A DNA stretch of 64,000 nt from Antedon mediterranea (taxonomy: Eukaryota; Animalia; Echinodermata), in NCBI RefSeq assembly GCF_964355755.1, contig NC_092677.1, positions 26,895,175 through 26,959,174 of the forward strand. Reading direction: 5' to 3'. The notes below the pieces were generated by a model. The model did no database searches and had not been told where the DNA came from. It saw nothing but the letters and a program-made list of their open reading frames with translations. Positions 57,101-64,000 of this stretch are shown piece by piece; positions within the stretch are counted from its first letter, which is position 1, and each line of letters opens with the position of its first letter. The position numbers and the translations under genes are program-made.

Positions 57101-58088
57101 GGGTCAAAACATCCCAGGGGTCTAAACATCCCAGGGGTCTAAACATCCCAGACTTAAACATTTCAGGGGCCGAAGAGTCCAATACCAACATTTAGTTACG
57201 TTTGATGTTTACATAGAACCTGCATTTAAAAATTATGTTATGATTGGTACTTGAATTAAATGAAATTTAATATTTTGTAGACATACACTCTGTATAGAGG
57301 ACTAACAAAATACAACGCAACTATTATTTGGAATACCACAGACGCGTACTACCTGGATAAAAACATTGATCCAAATACCACCTACTATTATTATATTACA
57401 ACTGGTTACTATCAAGGGTTTTATGGAAAAAAATCAAACATTGAGAAAGTGGACAGTTCACTGGATACTGCTGTTGGTGAGTGTCATACATTTTTTTTTT
57501 TTTATTTTGAAGGTGGAAAACATTTGAACATAAATTAAATTCAAAAGCTCTTTATTTTTGTTGTACATACCTTGTTTCACACAGATCCTCCAGCTTCAAA
57601 AGCTCTTTATTTTTTTTGTACATACCTTGTTTCACACAAATCCTCCAGCTTCAAAAGCTCTTTATTTTTGTTGTACATACCTTGTTTCACACAGATCCTC
57701 CAGCTACACACAATGGCAAGAAAAACAGCTTGTTACTTGAAACGGCTGTTCCCGTTGTCGTCATCCTTATTCTCATTCTCGTGGTCACGCTTGGCTACTT
57801 TGTTGTTCGACATCAGCGTCTGCAGAGGAGCTTCATGTCGTTTGCCAACAGTCACTACGACCCCGCTGCTGGAACTGCCACTTTCACAGGTCCAGACGGC
57901 GATGACCTTGGTAAATTTATTTGTTTTATAAAAAAGGGTTTTTTTTTCATTTTATGCGAATTTGTTTTTTACATAAATCATGACTAAATATTTTTACCGT
58001 TTTTTCTTTTTAATATTTTTTAGGAGAAGATGAAGACTCGCCAATGATCCGTGGATTTTCCGACGACGAGCCGTTAATTGTTGCCTAG
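27198..58088 (+). CDS. SORL1: Sortilin-related receptor SorLA/LR11 (signal peptide, furin propeptide, VPS10, YWTD propeller-EGF, 10 LDLa, 6 FN3, TM, cytoplasmic tail), 43 exons
   Basis: Exons: 27198-27461, 30485-30718, 31128-31289, 31646-31713, 31894-32068, 35121-35219, 35775-35944, 36111-36315, 37823-38005, 38261-38349, 38765-38940, 39273-39462, 40299-40430, 41213-41295, 41796-41965, 42223-42440, 43089-43341, 43733-43871, 44204-44404; LDLa 44890-45006, 45116-45232, 45716-45844, 46121-46252, 46853-46969, 47217-47372, 47642-47785, 48426-48737, 49053-49187; FN3 49438-49558, 50279-50451, 50804-50922, 51241-51351, 52584-52659, 53131-53228, 53838-53931, 54216-54412, 54768-54966, 55320-55420, 55809-56004, 56455-56567, 57281-57476; TM 57695-57910; last 58024-58088. 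Diagnostic motifs: RRRRS furin site, [19 protein letters not shown] repeats, FANSHYD and C-terminal DDEPLIVA. Confidence 0.97.
28678..29220. mobile_element. Non-autonomous DNA transposon with TIR ACCCCTTTCACACCAAAA and GC-rich subterminal repeats
   Basis: Terminal inverted repeats ACCCCTTTCACACCAAAA / TTTTGGTGTGAAAGGGGT; internal CTCCGGAG and GGTGTGAAAGG motifs recur. Confidence 0.8.
30735..30865. repeat. (GGT)n-rich microsatellite
   Basis: Direct reading. Confidence 0.85.
30936..31001 (-). ncRNA. Penelope-type minimal hammerhead ribozyme motif (pLTR remnant)
   Basis: Minus strand reads CTGAGGA-T-GCTCAA-AGTATA-TTGATC-GAAA-CGTC: hammerhead core, stem II and palindromic ACGT loop III. Degenerate copies form an inverted pair at 10647-10762. 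Confidence 0.5.
32097..32500. repeat. Tandem repeat of ~33-bp unit AAGGTCTGTTCATACTAGGATGATAAAGCTCTT
   Basis: About 12 copies, starting just after the SORL1 exon 5 donor. Confidence 0.9.
33858..34002. repeat. 11-bp tandem repeat (CCTATTTTAAT)n
   Basis: Direct reading, about 13 copies. Confidence 0.9.
36359..37185. repeat. 82-bp tandem repeat (~10 copies)
   Basis: Unit GACCTATATTAAGGGGACACTTTTCCATGAAATAAACGATGGG...CCCCTTTGTGA, period 82 (36441 to 36523). Confidence 0.93.
39504..40211. repeat. MITE family A copy with internal 21-bp unit (ATATGGTAGTGATATGCCTAA) expanded to ~29 copies
   Basis: Degenerate left TIR at ~39504, intact right TIR at ~40190-40211, homogeneous 21-mer array between. 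Confidence 0.92.
40849..41082 (+). mobile_element. tRNA-derived SINE (second family)
   Basis: A/B-box-like head (TGGCTTGGTGG, GGTTCAAATCC); its 3' ~100 bp recur at 35492-35595. Confidence 0.6.
41655..41748. repeat. 13-bp tandem repeat (TTATGATGGTCAY)n
   Basis: About 7 copies. Confidence 0.9.
48755..49000 (+). mobile_element. Degenerate tRNA-derived SINE
   Basis: GGTCGAGTGG A-box, GGTTCAATTC B-box, core GTCCACTCAGCTGTAAATGAGTTCCTGG typical of metazoan SINE cores. Confidence 0.5.
49582..50246. repeat. 32-bp tandem repeat (~20 copies) with alternating dimer structure
   Basis: Unit AAGACAACAAAGTTTATATAGACAAATTAGTG alternating with an ...AATGAATA variant. Confidence 0.93.
51470..52033 (+). mobile_element. 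5'-truncated Rex1/Babar-type LINE (RT C-terminus, 3' UTR, tail)
   Basis: Frameshifted peptide [18 protein letters not shown]...KRAGRVI...HPLNQY...RSGRIR...TNRHRNSF; AATAAA at ~52003; (CTTGTAT)n tail. Confidence 0.8.
56080..56315. repeat. ~30-bp tandem repeat (GAGCAAACAGATTTGCTTGCCCA...)
   Basis: About 8 copies, each with an internal GCAAA..TTTGC hairpin. Confidence 0.85.
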
Positions 58089-59869
58089 CGCCCTCTGTCT
58101 CGTCCACCTTCATTGACAAACTGTGTTTAAGTAAGTTTTGTTGTTGAAGTATACAATACTAGATTTATATTATACACACAGATCATTTTATGTTATATAC
58201 AAATTAGTAGTTGCAATATTCTTGTCTTTGGTGGAATTGGCTTTTGTTCATTACCGTAATTATTCAAATAAACGCCCTGCTTTGTAACTGCAGCCCTCAA
58301 ATAATCTCTCTCCCCACTTGCAAATACCCCACCCTCATGGAACATTGTTTGGAATAAAAGGCCATCTAGAAATCATATACGCACAATACAATAATATAAC
58401 ACATTTCTATTTGTAGTAGAATTTTATATTATAATTTGTTACCATATATGACACCTCTAAATGTAAAGCCCTCCTAAAAGCTCTCCTTGGCGTTTATTGA
58501 AATAAATACGGTACTTGTTAGAAGTAAAATGCCTTCATCTGCTGGATTTGGTGTTTGAAGCTTACATTTTGTAACTCTAATCAAACACTTGAGGTGTAGA
58601 TTCCAAAGATATTATGATTCCAAAATGATTTTATATACATTATTATGAATGAGTGAGCATAACAAAGAAATGAATTTAATATTTAGTCAAACTATTATAA
58701 GAAAAATAATATTAATGTTATATTTTACCCAGATTATGAATTTATATCCATACTTGTATCATTCCGATAACGCTGTACATATATTATATACAGAAAAAGT
58801 TTGTAGTTTTTTTAAGACTTTTTTTATGAATCAAGAAATCTGTTTTTCAATCTGTACTCTGCCAACTTTCGTACCCCGCAAAAGTCATGTTCAGTCAGAG
58901 GAAAATGGCTGTGGTCATGTTACAAAGTGAGATAAGAGTTGTCAAAACAATATAGACTATCTGATAGTATATGGAATATTTATTCTGAAGTAAAGTTATC
59001 AATTCAATTCAATAACTTAACCACATAAAACTCCTAGAAAGTAGGAAGCCTTTTGCCATTTTTCCTCTGTCTGTATTTTGTAACTATGCATTAGCTTGGC
59101 TTGATCACATGGATAATTTAAACATCTTAACGAGAGTACAGTTGGCGATGCAGTGATTGCAAGACAGACTACTTGACAGAGTGGAATATGGCGTATTTTG
59201 AGTACATTTTTTATACTATAAGCTTTTGAGCGTCGTCGTAGGGAATTTTGGTTTTGTTAATACACAGATTTTTCAATATTATGTACAATTTAATTTTGCT
59301 TTAAATATTTTGTTTGCAAACTATATGAAATATTTAACCTTTATAGTATGAAATACTTAATTATTTTGGATCAGTTTGAGTTTTATATGATGCCTAAGCC
59401 CCTGTACACATGGACTAAGTATGACATTTCTCACCTTTCAAGGATACTTAACCAGGGGTGATTCCAGGATTTTGTACACAGGGGAGGCCTAACAAACCCA
59501 ACCCTCCACCACCCCCCAACCCCCAAATCCCCCAATCCCCAAATCCCCCAAATCCCTGGATCAAGATAAACAATAATTATCACAATTCTTTGCATAGGTG
59601 TGAAAAGTTACATTAATTGAATTAATAATATTTGAGGACATTACAAAATAATTTTTATGTAAGGACATTAAATTTATGTTAAAACCTTGACATTTAATGT
59701 TGTACCAATGTTACTTAACTTTTACTATTTCATTTTCGTTATTGTTTTTGTCAATCTTTGTTTAAATGTTGTTGTTCCAGAGTTGTTCACCATACAATGG
59801 TCCAACTCGTACACTGTGGCCTTTTTTAAATTCAGTAATGTGATTATCATGTGATCTGAATGCCATGTG

Positions 59870-60298
59870 ATTATTGAGTGAATTTCATGTGAACTTATTG
59901 CTCTATCATGTGAATATCATGTGAAAGTCTTGCTCTATCATGTGAATATCATGTGAACCTATTGCTCTATCATGTGAATTTCATGTGAAATTCTTGCTCT
60001 GTCATGTGAATATCATGTGAACTTATTGCTCTATCATGTGAATATCATGTGAACCTATTGCTCTATCATGTGAATATCATGTGAACCTATTGCTCTATCA
60101 TGTGAATATCATGTGAACCTATTGCTCTATCATGTGAATTTCATGTGAAATTCTTGCTCTGTCATGTGAATATCATGTGAACTTATTGCTCTATCATGTG
60201 AATTTCATGTGAAATTCTTGCTCTATCATGTGAATATCATGTGAACCTATTGCTCTATCATGTAAATATCATGTGAAATTCTTACTCTGTCATGTGAT
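59870..60298. repeat. 32-bp tandem repeat (ATCATGTGAATATCATGTGAACCTATTGCTCT)n
   Basis: About 13 copies downstream of SORL1. Confidence 0.92.
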
Positions 60299-60487
60299 CA
60301 CAATCCTCAACATCTGATGACCACATGTAATTAGCAATGTTTATCATCGTCATGTCACATGATAATCACATGCACGTTTAAAAATTGTACTTTGTAATAT
60401 AAAATTATTTTGATACTAAATAATACTGATTCTAGTGAAGTATGAGTTAAATGTTGGGGTTTGTGAATATTTTAGACAACCATGTTG

Positions 60488-60980
60488 TAAGATAAGATAA
60501 GATAAGATTTTATTGATCCTCAAAAAGGAAATTCATTGCTCGTCATAATAACAAAGAAAACACTATAAAAACAAATATAGCATAAAACCATTCATATAAA
60601 AACATCTAAAAAATTACAATATAAAATTATCTTCTTGACTTCCTGTTGTACTGGATGATACCGGAGGGAATAAAGGATTTAGCAAATCGATTTGTTTTCA
60701 CACTGAGGAGCCTCAATCTACCACTTGAATTAAGTTGGTCTATGATCACTTTGTGGAGAGGATGAGAGGCATCCGACTCAATGCGTTCGAAATCTTTCTG
60801 GAGGTTTTCTAGGTGCACATCGGTAAAGGAAGGCAGTTCCAGACCAATCATTTTACCAGCCCGACGGATGAAAGTTTCAAGGCGTCCTTTATTCCCTCCG
60901 GTAACATTACCAGCCCAACAGGAGAGGCAATACGTCCAAACACTACATATAACGGATCTATAGAACGAAAGTAACATCAA
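60488..60980 (-). mobile_element. 5'-truncated Rex1/Babar-type LINE
   Basis: ORF 60627-60980: FYRSVICSVWTYCLSCWAGN...RRAGKMIG...HPLH...SGRLRLLSVKTNRFAKSFIP; AATAAA and (TCTTA)n tail on the minus strand at ~60488-60513. Confidence 0.85.
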
Positions 60981-61349
60981 ATCAAATCAAATACATTGCA
61001 CAGGAGACTGTATGCTAATGGTATTAGTAAAAACATTTAATATTGGTATGTGACAGCTTACATTATTACTCTGATAAATTTATGTAATTCCGGTAAATGG
61101 GTTTTGATGTCTGTCTTCTCACTATATAGTGATGATAGGTTTTTGCACTCAGATGAATAAAATTGTACTCACTAGTTAGACTTGTGTTGTATAGAACATT
61201 AGTATTTGGTATTGTCGGGTGTCATATAACAAAGTTTGGATGAATGTCGGCCCTCTTTTTCATATAGATTTGATCCTATGACACAGTAATATAATATATA
61301 AACAAAATATTTACTGCATTGAGGTAACATGTGCTGAACAAATTTTTAA

Positions 61350-62960
61350 ATAGAAAGGTCGAAATTTCGCAAGTTTTCGAAAAATGGCCAAATTTCGAAA
61401 AATTCTACTATAATTATAGATTACTATGGCTCTATGAAATGATGATAAAACAATATATGTGCATATATGGCAATATTATCGTATAATTATCAATTATTGA
61501 AATTTTCGAAAAATAGGCAATTTTCGACCCTTTTATTTTTTTACATAAAGGGTTACTATAGCATAATAAACATGCGCAGAGACGAATAATGGGCTCTGCG
61601 CATGTCAATTATGCTATAGTAACCAGTCCTTTTATTTTTGAACATAAATGGTTACTATAGCATAATAAACATGCGCAGAGTCGTCTAATGGACTCTGCGC
61701 ATGTCAATTATGCTATAGTAACCAGTTTTATCGAAAAATAAAAAGGTCGAAATTTGGCAATTTTTAGAAAAAATCCCTGTACTATAGTACAGGAAAATTT
61801 TCGAAAAATAGGCAATTTTCGACCCTTTTATTTTTTGACATAAATGGTTACTATAGCATAATAAACGTGCGCAGAGTCGAATAATTGCCTCTGCGCATGT
61901 CAATTATGCTATAGTAATAAGTTTTATCGAAAAATAAAAAGGTCGAAATTTTGCTATTTTTTTAAAAAATCCCTGTACAGGGAAATTTTCGAAAAATAGC
62001 CAATTTTCGACCCTTTTATTTTTTGACATAAATGGTTACTATAGCTTAATAAACATGCGCAGAGTCGTCTAATGGGCTCTGCGCATGTCAATTATGCTAT
62101 AGTAACCAGTCCTTTTATTTTTTAACATAAATGGTTACTATAGCATAATAAACATGCGCAGGGTCGTCTAATTGACTCTGCGCATGTCAATTATGCTATA
62201 GTAAAAAGTTTTATAGAAAAATAAAAAGGTCGAAAATTTGCGATTTTTTGAAAATTTCCTTGTACTATAGTACAGGGATTTTTTCAAAAAATCGCCAATT
62301 TCGACCCTTTTATTTTTTGACATAAATGGTTACTATAGCATAATAAACATGCGCAAAGTAGAATAATGGGCTCTGCGCATGTCAATTAAGCTATAGTAAC
62401 CAGTTTTATCGAAAAATAAAAAAAAAAAGGTCGAAATTTGGCTATTTTGTGAAAAAATCCCTGTACTATAGTACAAGGAAATTTTCAAAAAATCGCAAAT
62501 TTTCGACCTTTTTATTTGTTGACATAAATGGTTACTATAGCATAATAAACATGCGCAAAGTCGAATAATGCGTTCTGCGCATGTCAATTGTGCTATAGTA
62601 ACCACTTTTGACATAAATGGTTACTATAGCATAATAAACATGCGCAGAGCCGAATAATGGGTTCTCCGCATGCCAATTGTGCTATAGTAACCAGTTTTAT
62701 CGAAAAATAAAAAGGTCGAAAATTTGTCTTTTTTGAAAAAATCCCTGTACTATAAGTACAGGGAAATTTTGAAAAATCACCAATTTTCGACTTTTTTATT
62801 TGTTGACATAAATGGTTACTAAAGCATAATAAACATGCGCAGAGTCGAATAATGCGTTCTGCGCATGTCAATTATGCTATAGTAGCCACTTTTGACATAA
62901 ATGGTTACTATAGCATAATAAACATGCGCAGAGTCAAATAATGGCTTCTGCGCATGCCAA
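61350..62960. repeat. Tandem array of two alternating long palindromic (hairpin) units
   Basis: Unit A GGTTACTATAGCATAAT..CATGCGCAGAG-loop-CTCTGCGCATG..ATTATGCTATAGTAACC; unit B AAAATAAAAAGGTCGAAA..CTGTACTATAGTACAG..TTTCGACCCTTTTATTTT. Confidence 0.9.
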
Positions 62961-62969
62961 TCAGTTTTT

Positions 62970-64000
62970 ATAATGATATAAGCAGTGAGTTAGGCAGATC
63001 ATAAGTCAGCTCTCCTTAAGTCAGCTGTGTGACTTAGGCAGAAACACAAAAAATATAGTATATTGATATAAGCAGTGAGTTAGGCAGAAAAAAAAATATG
63101 ACTTAGAAACTTTTGTTATGAGGCTGTCGATATCATCTATATACAAATACAAAAAAATGCTACCTTTAAGTAACAAAATTTAATAGCATCAGCTCTTCAG
63201 ATTAAAATTAACACTGATGATTTTAGAAAAGGAAAGTAGCAATAAAAGAGAAAGAATTTGTAACAAATGGGTTAAAAAATCAATCAAAATGTATTTCTTA
63301 TTTTATTTAAAAAATCATGAGTCTCCTCTCCTTAATTGCCTAAGTCACACAGATGACTTAGGCAGAAACACAAACAATATAGTATATTGATATAAGCAGT
63401 GAGTTAGGCAGATCATAAGTCAGCTCTCCTTAATTGCCTAAGTCACAAAGCTGACTTGGGCAGAAACACAACAAATATAGTATATTGATATAAGCAGTGA
63501 GTTAGGCAGAAAAAAAAAATTATGACTTAGACGCTTTTGTTATGAGGCTGTCGATATCATCTATATACAAAAAATGCTACCTTTAAGTAACAAAATTTAA
63601 TAGCATTAGCTCTTCAGATTAGAATTAACACTGATGATTTTAGAAAAGGAAAGTAGCAATAAAAGAGAAAGAATTTGTAACAAATGGGTTAAAAAATATA
63701 CTATAAAAATGTATTTCTTTTTGTATTTAAAAAATCATGATTCTCCTCTCCTTAATTGCCTAATTCACACAGCTGACTTAGGCAGAAACACAAAAAACGA
63801 TCTGAGCATGTGCAAATGAATATAAAAGCACTCAGATAATGTACAAAGGGCAGTATAATGATATAAGCTGTGAGTTAGGCAGATCATAAGTCAGCTCTCC
63901 TTAATTGCCTAAGTCACACAGCTGACTTAGGCAGAAACACAAAAAAATATAGTATATTGATATAAGCAGTGAGTTAGGCAGAAAAACAAAAAACAAATTA
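62970..64000. repeat. ~420-bp direct repeat built around GATATAAGCAGTGAGTTAGGCAGA
   Basis: 63035-63450 is repeated at 63455-63790; the array continues past the window end. Confidence 0.85.

Noticed and set aside
61685-62871. Three similar minus-strand ORFs (CAERIIRLCACLLC...)
   Set aside because: Translations of the palindromic repeat array; non-ATG starts and frameshifts between copies.

Overview
AT-rich, intron-rich eukaryotic (invertebrate metazoan, probably deuterostome; taxon is inference) genomic DNA with three spliced genes, which I rebuilt exon by exon with consistent splice phases. (1) URB2/Npa2 ribosome-biogenesis gene on + (25 coding exons, 5725-20796; start exon not found), containing a minor-spliceosome AT-AC intron at 18877-18961. 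(2) A 7-exon gene on - (26710-21067), almost invisible in the ORF track, encoding a ~283-aa protein with signal peptide, two NCAM/Fasciclin-2-like Ig domains, a Ser/Thr stalk and a predicted GPI signal. It lies tail-to-tail with URB2 and head-to-head with (3) a complete 43-exon SORL1/SorLA gene on + (27198-58088). Introns carry about 30 copies of one PIF/Harbinger-type MITE, many inserted 10-50 nt from splice donors. Also present are other MITEs, tRNA-derived SINEs, Rex1/Babar LINE ends, Penelope-like hammerhead remnants and many tandem repeats, several visibly derived from transposon sequence. The long low-complexity ORFs in the track are satellite artefacts.
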